The position numbers and the translations under genes are program-made. A stretch of DNA of 64,000 nt. It comes from Podarcis liolepis. Lineage: Eukaryota. The notes under the pieces are model-generated. The model did no database searches. It was not told where the DNA came from and saw only the letters and a list, made by a program, of their open reading frames with translations. The DNA lies in assembly GCA_965112155.1 (NCBI GenBank), contig OZ218101.1, one strand, 5' to 3'. Every line of letters starts with the position of its first letter. The stretch's first letter is position 1. Below are positions 37,195 to 49,021 of this stretch, piece after piece.

Positions 37195-38414
37195 TGTCAT
37201 GGACTGGCTGGACACAGAGCAATGGTGGGAAGCTCCAGCTGGGAAACCCCCAAGGGAAGAAGGCTCAGTGCTCAGGGATTGGTGATGGGACAACAATGAG
37301 TGGTCAGAGGGAGAAGATTGGAAGAAGGAGATATTGGAAACTGAAGGGGAGAGGGAGCAGGGGGAGTGTGTTGGTCCCGTGGGTTACCCGAGAGGTGAGG
37401 TCCAAGTCTGGTCCGTGGTCAAAGGTGTAACGTGGAGGCAGTCGGTAGTAGCTGAAGCTTGGGTGCAGGGCAGGGAGTCGGGTGAAGTCAGGAACAGGCA
37501 TGCAAGCAGGGAGCCAGGACGGGTCAGGAGCTCTGGCAAAAAAGCAGGACAGGGTTCAGGCAGGACCTAGCAACCAACAATGTTGCTTCCGCAACTTGTG
37601 ACTGGGGCTGGCCGGCTTTTATCTGCCCTGAGGCATAGGGCGGCCCCAATCCTCTGGTGACTCACCTCTCCTGGCCTGGAGGCGAGCACTCCTCCTGCGG
37701 GAACTTAGTTCCCTCCACCACTCTGCCCTGAGCCTCTGTAGCTCAGGAGAGGCTGGAGGGTTACCGGACCCAGAGGCAACCTCAGCTTCCTCTGATGGGG
37801 CTGAGAGTGGAGCACCTGCAGGCAATGGGTCCTCCATCACCTCAGGAGCCAGAGCAGACTCAGCTGATGCCTGCACCTGAGGATCCTGCACAGGTCAGGC
37901 TTTTCAGGCTCCTGCCCCAGCCCCGGCTCAGCTGGTTCTGGAGGCGGGGAATCCTGTGCAGGCTGGGATCCCTCAGGTTCAGCATCCGAGTCCACATCCC
38001 AGGCCATCACAGGGAGTCTGCAGCAGAGAGAAGTCCAGAATCAGAATTGAAAGCAGGACAGTGGGAGGTCAAGAAGCAGACATGAGTCAGACTGATGAAG
38101 AAGCCAGGGTGTCTCCCCCTCTGCTGTGGCAAGCTCCCCTCCCCCTGATCTCCCAGGACCTGAAGAGGTATGAAGAGGGTGAAGCAGAGACAGATATATT
38201 GGCGTAGTCTCAGATTGCTTGGGAAGGAGCCTGGGGAGGAGGAGATTTAGGAAACTTTGGGAAGACAGGGACCTGCAACCTCCACAACTTCCTCATAGGG
38301 CTAAGACCTACCAATAAGAGTTGCTGTGCTCATTAGGCCTGATGCTCCTGAGCTGACCATGTTTCTTCTAATAAAGCATTAATGCCACATACTCCATGTG
38401 ATTTATTCCTGACA
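37195..38414 (+). mobile_element. Solo LTR (Gypsy-like), interrupted by a second LTR
   Basis: TGTCA...TGACA inverted termini, AATAAA ~38369; about 570 bp once the nested element is removed; no matching TSD. Confidence 0.75.
37367..38011 (-). mobile_element. Nested solo LTR, 645 bp
   Basis: TGTG...CACA termini; perfect 5-bp TSD GGGAG (37362-37366, 38012-38016); TATA-like GATAAAAG on the minus strand at ~37616-37623. Confidence 0.88.
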
Positions 38415-38445
38415 CCTGCTCCTGATTTATTCCTGACACCTGCTC
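38399..38445. repeat. 24-bp tandem duplication spanning the LTR 3' end
   Basis: TGATTTATTCCTGACACCTGCTC occurs twice, period 24. Confidence 0.95.
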
Positions 38446-39435
38446 TAGTTCAACCCAGTCCTGGTGTCTGTCTTGTTATTCGGTCATCCCTTCAGAAATT
38501 CTCCTCATAGAAATGAAGAGGAACATCATTAAAGTGAATCAAGAGATCTGCAAACCATAGCTTTGTGTTATAAAATACAATCCCCCCCCCCCCCCGTGAT
38601 AGCTGTGGAGCTAACAGGACCATACTAATTAAGTGACCTGTGCATTTCCCATAATCCAGGAATATAATACAGTGACACTGAAATTAAGAGGAAGATTTGC
38701 ATTTGATTTTAATAGATGTGGATTACATCCAATGTTATCAGCACATTCTAATGCACATCTACACAGAGGTAAGCTCCATTGAGTTAAATATGACTTAGTC
38801 GCATGTAAATGGGTACTGGATTGTTGTCTGAGAAACCCATCCAGATAACAAAAGTTATAAAATAATGAAAGCTGGAGCCAAGGCTACTGGAGCTCTCACA
38901 CTATCAAGGACAAGAGAACTCTTGATGAAAATGCAAAGTAACAAATTTAGACTACAAAAAAGATAATACTTGTGACAAATGCTTTAGAAATATTTCTAAA
39001 TGTTAGGACAAAATTCAATGAGATGGCAGAACCGTGTGGAGGCATCTGCAGCAAACCTCCTACCCACCCCCACCCCAGCTGTATCTTTCCCCTCTTTTTT
39101 AGGCTGTATCTTAACAAAGAACTACAAAGTGAGTAGTGCTAGGGCCAAAATGTTTCAGCCATTGGAGCATTCCACAGACCAGATAATACCATGGAGAAGA
39201 TGTAGCTCCAAGCCCTTGCAACTCTGATATTTATTAAGGATGGAACATGGCGTACCACCTCTCCCAGCAGTCTGAAAGAGTGGGAAAGGGCATAAGGTAG
39301 GAGGGGTTCCTAAAGTTTTAAAGCTTCCAGACCATGGAAGAGCTTTAGGATCACTAGCAGTTCAGTGGGAGGGAATGCATTGCACATGGCTTAATCCTGA
39401 AATCCTATGCATATGCATATACATATGCATAACTT

Positions 39436-39800
39436 GATGATGATAATGATTTATTATGTATTACAATTTTATACCCCACTTCATCGGAAGATCACAGGGT
39501 GGTTCACAACATAAAAATACAAAATGATAGCACAAAATACATAAGCAAACCAAATAATCCCCCCAATACACTTTTCTAATGACATAGAGTGTTAATCAGT
39601 CAAAAGCCTGGTTAAAGAGAAACATGTTTGACAGGTGCCTAAAGATATTTAATGAAGGCGCCAGGTGAGCCTCCCTGGGAAGAGTATTCCATAAATGAGG
39701 AGCCACCACAGAAAAGGCCTGTACTTGCGTTGCTACCCTCTGGACTTCTCGTGAAGGAGGCACACAAAGGAGGGCCTCAGACGGTGCTTGCAAGGTCCAG
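39436..39800 (-). mobile_element. L2 LINE 3' end
   Basis: Translation AFSVVAPHLWNTLPREAHLAPSLNIFR matches L2 ORF2 C-terminus; TTTATACCCC tail. Confidence 0.85.
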
Positions 39801-39807
39801 GTTAACA

Positions 39808-39930
39808 TAAGGTTACCAGATTTTTTTCAATGAATCTGGGGACACTTTTCAGCTTCAAATGATTTTGTATGGGGACTGATTTGTAAATCCGGGGAATGTC
39901 CCCGGGAAACGGGGACGCCTGGTAACCTTA
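39808..39930. mobile_element. hAT (Blackjack-like) MITE
   Basis: TIR TAAGGTTACCAG / CTGGTAACCTTA; 8-bp TSD GGTTAACA (39800-39807, 39931-39938). Confidence 0.92.
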
Positions 39931-41518
39931 GGTTAACATAAATCTATAGATGCAGAATAAGCATGTGGTGTGATTTTATTATTATTATTTAATTTGGGGG
40001 GATCGCAAACTGCCTACATTAAGGATGTATTTAATGTGATGGAAAAGCTCACAAATAATGATGTGCAGTGGTTGATTGCAGATGGCTGTTGGATAAATGC
40101 AGGTTATCCCTTGTTGTTACAGTCCTTGAATGATGAACATGGATGTGTAAATTCTCCATCAAGAGGCATTCACTTTTGAATGAAGAGATTTAAAACTACT
40201 TCAGGCTGCAAAAGTTGCTTTGAATTTCCAGGCCTCTTCAGTCTCTCTAACTTCTCCTTTGTTGCTGAATATGTAAGCAAGCTAGGTTGAATGAACTGTG
40301 TCACACATTCGAAAATATAGAGAAATTGCTACATGATTCTGATTGCCCTCTGCAACCCGCAATTTATATTTACTCTAGACTTGGAATTGTCTTGTTTCGG
40401 GCTTTAAGTCTGACCTTACTCACCTAGATACTATGGAAAACAGCCCCATTAGTTTTGCACGTTGCCAAATATGTCAAGGCCGTGTTTAATCAATTGAAAA
40501 CACTAACAGCCTCAGAACTAAGTCTTCTTTCAAGAAAGATTACATTTATCCAGGGTGTTGTTATTTATTTGATTACTTCTGCATTTCAGATTTCAGCTCT
40601 GTATAATGTCTCTTTCTTTATCATTTTCCTATGAGACTCCAACCTCTGCTTTGAGAAAGACTTGGCTCATTTTCATTTGATACATATGATTCTTTCACCC
40701 TAAAGCACTGCTGCCTAACATATTCCATCTTAATGCAAATGGTTTCCCCTCCCCCCCCCCATCCAATTATACCTCATTTATCCTAAGGTGTTTCAGAAAA
40801 TCTTGTTTGTATGCATATTATGGTTTTTGTGGTATTTTTAAGGGTGGAAATGTATACAAATGTAAAGCCTTAGATTTATTTCAAAATTGTCTCAAATGTG
40901 ATTTGAAACTATGTTTCCTCCATATTTGACCTCACACCATAATGAAACGCTAAACAGAATAGCAATAAACAAAGAAATTAACCCAGCTGTTTGTGAAATT
41001 CCCTAGAAATGATTTTCTTGGTTCATGTTTAATTTATTCTCCTCTCATATATTAATAGTTCTGTGGTTAATTGTGGTTAATTAGAATAGAAGTGCACAAT
41101 ATGAATTGGATTGGATTAGCCATGCCACAGCCTTTCAATTTTTGCTTACATTTTAAAATAGAGCTAGAGGGAAGGTGCACTACAGTGAAAGAGCACTGAA
41201 AAAACTCCAGTGGCTCACTGAGCGCAAAAGTGGCTAACTTACAGCTTCCAGATATTGTGGTCCCAGTCACAGTGCCTCCCAACCCCCTTGGCCTGATACT
41301 ATAGTGAGGTGAGAGAGTACAAAGGCAGAAAATGATCTGGATTAAAAATGGCCAGAACTTTATTGGAGCCCTCCAGGGGGGACCACTGATTTGAGCTGCC
41401 ATTGGTGGGAAGACTGCCCCAGGATCCCGCAGGTCGAGGGGAATTCCCTTCCAACGGCTGGCAAGCATGCACAGGCAGGCCATCAGGAACAGAGGCAGAA
41501 AGTGGAGGGACACAACCA

Positions 41519-42414
41519 TTGTTGTTGTTTAGTCGTTTAGTCGTGTCCGACTCTTCGATGGACCAGAGAACGCCAGGCACTCCTGTCTTCCACTGCCTTC
41601 CGCAGTTTGGTCATACTCATGTTCGTAAATAACCTTTTAATGAGGGTGAAAGAGGAGAGCGCAAAATATGGTCTGAAGCTCAACATCAAAAAAACGAAGA
41701 TCATGGCCACTGGGCCCATCACCTCCTGGCAAATAGAAGGGGAAGAAATGGAGGCAGTGAGAGATTTTACTTTCTTGGGCTCCATGATCACTGCAGATGG
41801 TGACAGCCGTCACAAAGTTAAAAGACGCCTGCTTCTTGGGAGAAAAGCAATGACAAACCTAGACAGCATCTTAAAAAGCAGAGACATCACCTTGCCAACA
41901 AAGGTCTGTATAGTTAAAGCTATGGTTTTCCCAGTAGTGATGTATGGAAGTGAGAGCTGGACCATAAAGAAGGCTGATCATCGAAGAATTGATGCTTTTG
42001 AATTATGGTGCTGGAGGAGACTCTTGAGAGTCCCATGGACTGCAAGAAAATCAAACCTATCCATTCTTAAGGAAATCAGCCCTGAGTGCTCACTGGAAGG
42101 ACAGATCCTGAAGCTGAGGCTCCAATACTTTGGCCACCTCATGAGAAGAGAAGACTCCCTGGAAAAGACCCTGATGTTGCGAAAGATGGAGGGCACAAGG
42201 AGAAGGGGATGACAGAGGACTAGATGGTTGGATAGTGTTCTCAAAGCTACCAGCATGAGTTTGACTAAACTGCGGGAGGCAGTGGAAGACAGAGGTGGAT
42301 CACGTTTAGTCAAAACTCTCCACTATGACCTGTCCATCCTGGGTGCCCTGCTCGGTATACTTCATAGCTGCTCTGAGTTATTCGCCACGGCAAGGCAGTG
42401 ATCCATGAAGGGGA
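41519..42414. mobile_element. Rearranged Bov-B: 3' tail (-), RT C-terminus (+), 5' UTR (-)
   Basis: 41519-41627 minus-strand (CAA)n tail; 41628-42294 plus-strand ORF (GLKLNIKKTKIM, YGSESWT, DAFELWCWRRLL, YFGHLMRR); 42295-42414 resembles Bov-B 5' region on the minus strand. Confidence 0.88.
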
Positions 42415-44331
42415 TCACTATTTTATAGTACTTACTGTCAAGTAAGCTATCTGTAAACGAAAGAAAGAGAGGGGAAATTGTGAAATTCAGGTGCTGATGA
42501 TGATCAAGCTTTTAATTTTGAACCTTTTGAGATTTTGGCAGTGTCTATCTGTTGCTGACATGTATTTAGAAGCATTAGAAATTTATTTTTAAAATGTGAG
42601 GCACAGTCTTAATTACCAATAGAGGATTAGGCAAAACAGAAAATACATTTCCTTATTATCTAACTGTACACTTAGCCTCCCACCTGCCTTTACTTGCTTG
42701 CATTTTAATCAGAGTGAACAAGAGATAGAAACATATACTGTCTATCACAAAGAAAAGAACACACGTCTGTGGGACCAAAACAGTGCAGCATGACCCACAG
42801 CATGTTATCTCTGAAAAATGCATCTCCCTCATGTAGTGACATCATAGGCGTTTTCAACACCTTTCAGAATGTACACAGATCCACTGGCCTTTGACTTAGT
42901 GTGCTTCAACAAAGAAGATTTCAGAAAACAGAAAATAAAATATATTTAAAAGGCAAGTCTATATCTTCCTCACTCCCAGGCTTCCTTTTGTTTGGTTCAA
43001 AAACTCAATTCAGAACATCCATCAGACTTGTTAACATGTTGCAGAACAGACCTTCTGATTACACACGAAAGTACTTGTTGAAGTGCCTCAGGTTCATTTT
43101 GTACAGATAAAGAAATTGTTAAGCTTTGACATCACACACTATTTTTCAAAGAAGCGGGGGTGGTGGGTGGGCCAGTGTCATACAAAAAGGAAAATGCTGT
43201 ACAGCTGCAGGAAACCCCCTTAAATGGCAAAAAAGGGGGAGGAAATGAAATGTACTTCCAAGTTTCTGGGATGAATGAACATTAAAGATGTAAAGTCAGT
43301 GTCAGGGAGAGAGTGTTTTCCATTACAGAAGTGCAGGCAGGAGGAGGTGCCTTTTGCTTGAAATCCTTCCTCTTTTGCCATGGCTTATTTCTGGTCTTGA
43401 CTAGAAGCAAAGCAATGGGGAACAACAGTTTGCAAAGGAAAAGCAGGAAGCAGAGGAAGAATCAAGCAGTAGCTGCACTGTCTGACCATCACGTCTCTAT
43501 TGGCAATCCATCAGCCTCCCGTTCTGTCACTTTACAGCAGTTCTAATAGCCAGGTTACCTTTAGCTCAGCCATTCACTTAAGGATTTTCTTCTTCCCAAA
43601 AATTAAGGAACAGAACATGTGCCTGAAGGTTGTCCAATAGAGCCCAGGGCAACCAGAGCCAAATTAAGGCTTAGACCAAGGTTCATGAGCTCATTTGCAG
43701 GGATGTGGGACTGAAGTTCAGCTGCAAAGTACTCCTCTGTTAACTAGACAAATTTAGAGGGACTGGCATTTATACAAAGTATAGCAAATCCAAGTTCTCC
43801 AAACTGTATTCTGTACCTGACGGCTTTGAGGCCTAGGGTCAGCATGCACCCTACTCTACTCAGAGCAGTTCTAATTTTAGAAGACTGTTTGAAGTTGCCC
43901 TCCATTTAAAGGATCATCCAACCCAAATCTAGTTTAAAGATGAACCATAAGAAGAGAGAGCAGGGACTTTGAGGTTGTCCATCAACAGTTAGCATCTGGT
44001 CAACAGACTGAGCAAACATACAGGTTACCTGGTCACAGTCTTTCTACTGTGGTGAGATGCCTTGCATTTCTGTTTACATTATAATATTTCCCTCAAAATT
44101 TGCATCTAGACATATCTATTATAATATGCAAACTATGTATATCCTTTTCGCTCACTTTTTTGGTGGTGAATTTCCTCTTTTGGTTGATGTGTAAGTGGCC
44201 ATCCTATTGGGGTCTCAGCATGCACCAACTAATTGCCAGAGGCAGTGCTATAGAAAGTACAGAATAGGGTGCTTAATGCAGAACAGAACTATCACAGAAC
44301 TAGAAAAAAATCACAGATAGGAATGCTAAGA

Positions 44332-45076
44332 CAGTGGTGTAGCATGGGGGCCACAGGGGTGGTTGCCCAGGACAAAAAATTCTTATTGGCACTTTTAAAA
44401 AAACTCTGATCTACTGCAAGATTGCAACTACCCAGAAAAATTGAGGGAGCAGCGACAGACCCAGATTCAAAACTTGGCCACACAGGAAAGCTGGTTCTGA
44501 CCTTGCAGTGTCAAGGGAAAGTGCTGAAGTAAAGGTAAAGTTTATCACCATCCTGCCTTCCTTCCCTTCCCTTCCCTTCCCTCAACTTCTACCTGTTGCG
44601 CCACTGTTCAAATAAAGCCCCATGCCCAGCCATGCTCTCTCCTGCAAGCGAAAGGAGGACCAATGGGCTGCCTAAGCTATTTATGCTCTCCCGAAAGAGC
44701 TCACAGAGCAAGAGTGTGGACGCCAAGACCTTTGGGAAGGTTCCAACCTTGTAGTTGGGAGGCAGCAGCTCTGAGGTGCCCTTTGCTTCTCAGCCTTTGC
44801 CTGCTCCCCACCACTCTCCTCCTATGCCTGCTGCATCTGGGGTTCCGGTGTTCAGGGACACCACCAAGCTTGCCAAGGAGCAGAAGCTGCTGCTCTGCCA
44901 GGAGCTCACAAGAAGGCAAATCAGGCAACCAGCAGGTGGCAGGTAACCTACATGAGGAGCAGCCACAGAGTCCACCTGTTGTCTCCAGGGGGTGCCCCTG
45001 CATGATGCCCGCGAGAAGGTTAAGGGGTGCGATACTTGCCTTGCCTCAGGTGCTAGCAACCCATGCTATGCCACTG
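44332..45076. mobile_element. hAT (Tip100-like) non-autonomous transposon
   Basis: TIR CAGTGGTGTAGCATGGG / CCCATGCTATGCCACTG; degenerate 8-bp TSD TGCTAAGA / TCCTGAGA. Confidence 0.8.
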
Positions 45077-46505
45077 TCCTGAGAGGGGGGGAAATAGAGT
45101 AATGGCTGGATTTCTGGCATGAATTCTTTCTCCTACCTGAACAAGTACATTTGTATTTTAAAACAATTTGATTTAATTTCAAGCAGCAGGTGATCCAAAG
45201 GGAATCTAAACTGAATTAAATGTGGTTTTTAAATATTTAAATCTGGAAACAAAAATTCAAAGCAACTGTGTGTCCTTGATCAACAGACTTCTAGTACTCA
45301 TGGTCTGAACAAAGTCAAGTTGATGAAAATATTTCATATCTTACACACACAAAAGTAAGTGAGAATATTACAATACAAACACCTTTATGCAGCATTGGCA
45401 TACACATACACTTCAAATAAACAACTCAACAATTTAATAATCTCTGAGGCTGTGAATTTGTCTCCTAGAATGTTTAAAAGTGTACTTGATATGCCTATAG
45501 GAGATGATATACATAATTTCAATAATGTGGTGATACTGAAGAGTTCAAATTGGAAAGTAATTCACTCCTGCAAGCTCTCACTGTACAATAAACTACTAAT
45601 AAGTCAAGCACAAAGGAATTTGTAATTCAAATTAAAAGCTTGCTACAAATAAAAGACACAAATTGTTGCTGCAGAAACCTGAAGGTTAATGGTTTAAACT
45701 GTGACATGCCAGCAAGATTTGCCAAATGTGATCTATGAGCAATATATCTCAAATAAATTATGAAAGCATGCCACCTTATTACTGGAGAGAAGGTGCTTGC
45801 CTGTTTGTCATTACTGAAACATAAGGGCCTTTAACATCAGGCTAGAGAAGACTTCTACTGTATCTGTTGGGCCTTAAATATTCATCGAGCACAGGTCTAT
45901 CAACAGCTATTACCGGTAGCTCTGAAAGTTAAAGGAAGTACAGTATGTTGTTGAATAACATTCACATTGGGGGCAGACACTGATGAAGGGCCATTGCCAC
46001 AATGTGAATGGAAGAGTCCTCACTGATTGGAAGAAGTACATACAACTATTTCTAAATCGCTTTCTTTCCAGCTCAGGTTACAAGAGTTGTATGGAAAGAA
46101 GGCCCAAAAGAAGAAGAATTACAGGTAGGAACACATATTATATGAAGGGTTTGGGTGAGCAAAGTTCACCTTCTAGATGGCAAATATGAATTTTCAGCCC
46201 TTTGGGACTTTTCCTACAGCTAAGAAGTGTGACCAAGAGTGTGGACTTGATGCAGTCTTCCCTTCCCCATTCTTACATTTCCAACTAAGAATGTTGTGTA
46301 AAGAGTTCCCTTTGTCTCTACTGTGACACCAATGGTCAGTTTGCATGGCCAGCTTAGTATATTGTTATCTGGGCAACCCATGATAGTGCTCCAAGAATCA
46401 GCCTGAAATGACAAAGTTGGTTTTCAAGTGTTCTTACCAATCCCTGAGGCAAGTTGTATACCTAAGCCTGCTGGATCTCTTCTTTTTACCATCTCTTACC
46501 CATGC

Positions 46506-46887
46506 TGAAGAATTGATGCTTTTGAATTATGGTGCTGGAGGCGACTCTTGAGAGTCCCATGGACTGCAAGAAAATCAAATCTATCCATTCTTAAGGAAAT
46601 CAGCCCTGAATGCTCACTGGAAGGACAGATCCTGAAGCTGAGGCTCCAATACTTTGGCCACCTCATGAGAAGAGAAGACTCCCTGGAAAAGACCGTGATG
46701 TTGGGAAAGATGGAGGGCACAAGGAGAAGGCGACGACAGAGGACAAGATGGTTGGATAGTGTTCTCAAAGCTACGAACATCAGTTTGACCAAACTGCAGG
46801 AGGCAGTGGAAGACAGAAGTGCCTGGCGTGCTCTGGTCCATGGGGTCACGAAGAGTCTGACACGACTAAACGGCTAAACAACAACAA
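46506..46887 (+). mobile_element. 5'-truncated Bov-B LINE
   Basis: RIDAFELWCWRRLLRVPWTAR..., (CAA)n tail; 8-bp TSD ACCCATGC (46498-46505, 46888-46895). Confidence 0.95.
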
Positions 46888-48781
46888 ACCCATGCAACTC
46901 AGCTTTATATAGCCAGTCCTCTTAGATCAAGATGCAGATCAACATAATTCACATTAATAAAACAGATAATGTGGCTTTAAATCAAATCAGGGGCTGAGCA
47001 GAATTGATGTGATTATTTCCCTAGTTTATTTCCATTAATGGTTTAGTGTGGCCTCCACATTAGGAAACCATCAAACCAAATCTAATGTTTTACTCATCCT
47101 CCTTTTTCCATAGTAAGTATTGTCTTACATGTTTTAATAAACAATCAGTTCAATGCCACAGATAGCAATACAGGTAGTTATAACTTGTGTCATATCCTTT
47201 TCTTCAAATAATAATGTTCAACTTGCCATTAGATGTACTGAAGTCCATGTTTCCAGTCAACCCAGAATCTTATGTGAAAGCAACAATATTGGTTATGCTA
47301 GAAATATTCTATCTTTAAAGAATATGAAGGTCACACTTACTTTTCTACTAGATACTGAACTGACGATGACCCAAAAAACCGTAACTGAGTGCTTCAAAGA
47401 CTACAAAGCTTTTATACAGGAGGGAAATTGAGAGGAGAAAGCCAATAAGTCAAGGTGCTGTTTTTTAAACAAAAATGAAAACAGAAGAAGGGCGGAAAAC
47501 AGGGCAAAAAGAAGTGAAACTGTTCTAAAAGCTGAAAGGAAATATAGTTGATTTATTCATTCTTCTAACCTTCATTTGTCTTTGACATTCTAAACACTAT
47601 GGATTTATGTGAAACGCATTTATCTGAGTCTGTTTTATACCTTGAATTCCTCCTTTTCATTCAAAGAATAGCTTCAAGAGGTAATATTGTGTGCTAGAAC
47701 ATGTCTAAAGGACTTGTGGCCCCCCAATATATATATTTTGGACTCCTGCTCCTATCAGCCACAGCCAGCAGAGCAAATGGTCAAGGATTAGGAGAGTTGC
47801 GGTCCAACAATATCTGATTTTGCCATCGAATGTTGCCTCCACCCTCCTTGCAGTGGCTTGATATCTTTTACATGGAAGACAGAAATAGAACAGGTGAAGC
47901 TTTTCCTGACATGGAGATCCAGTGATATACGAATGCTCAGTAGCTGAACATTCCTATCAAATTGAGAACCCAGGTATATGCAGTCTAAACAAATGAAATT
48001 GCAGTCTTGCCATCAAAGATGATATTTCAGGCTGTTGTAGCTGAAATCATGGAGAAAACATATTTGTAGAGCTGTATGTGAGCCATTTGGTGTAAGGAGT
48101 AGCATTAGACCGACTGCTGAGATGGGTCGGCCATGAAGTTCTTTGATTGGGCTTGAACAGCTAGCTCCCTGCACCCCCTTTGCCTATCTACCTCACAAGG
48201 TTGTTGGTGAGGTAAAATGTTATTATGCCACAGGAGGACTGCAGCAAATTGGACTCTAGCACAATCATCACATACAGTCTCCAAGAGTTGCCCTGGCTGC
48301 TGTATGAAATCCTTACACTGGCTGATGCTTTTTTCCCTTGGTTGTGTCTTTCCCCTCCCTGTTTAGCACTACGGTGCTTAGATGGGGAGTAGGCTGCCTA
48401 AGCTATGGAAATAAGAATAATAATTAAAACAGGAGTGCATTTTTTACTTGGAAGGTCGTTTGATCTGTCCTTTGTGCTCTTTGCCTCACAGTCTCCAGGT
48501 TATTCCTTTTCTTTGTTTATGTAAATTCCTGGTATGTTTATTTCTCCCATACACTAGCCCTAGCTTTAGAATTGTCTTTGTGGAGAGCCACAAACAAACA
48601 GAGACTCGTTTTCCAAGTGCAGAAGTTTCAGAAAGTTCATTCTGATAAGCTTCCAGACTTCAAGCTTGTACAAACCGAGCAGAACCTCTCAGTTCAAAAG
48701 GGTTTATCCATGGGTGCCACTGTCTGTCCCTTGAATTGACTGTTGGTGTTCTTTCGTTGTTCTGCTCACAGACAAGTTTTA

Positions 48782-48837
48782 CAATTATAATCCAAACGTA
48801 ATTGCTCCTGAGTAATCCCGTAAGCTTATATATATAT
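48782..48837 (+). promoter_or_regulatory. Homeodomain (OTX/CRX-type) site cluster with TATA-like element
   Basis: CAATTA 48782, TAATCC 48788, TAATTG 48799, TAATCC 48813, TAAGCT 48821, TATATATATAT 48827 within 56 bp. Confidence 0.4.
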
Positions 48838-48873
48838 CAGCTCAACAGTCTTTCTTTTGTGCTGTGTTTCTAG

Positions 48874-49021
48874 ACACATGTATGTGCTTTAAAACTGTGT
48901 CCAAGTGTGCTGTTTTCTGTACAGCCTTCCCCACAAAAAGCCAAGTTGCCGTTTGTTCCAATTCAGCTTGGACACGGAGCTTTAAAGCACAGACCTGTTC
49001 TTAGAAAGCGTGGTGCAAAAG
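48874..49021 (+). other. Candidate exon (probably non-coding or first exon)
   Basis: Pyrimidine-rich acceptor ...TGTGTTTCTAG| and consensus donor AAG|GTAAGT; one open frame (THVCALK...RKRGAK) with no recognised homologue. Confidence 0.35.
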
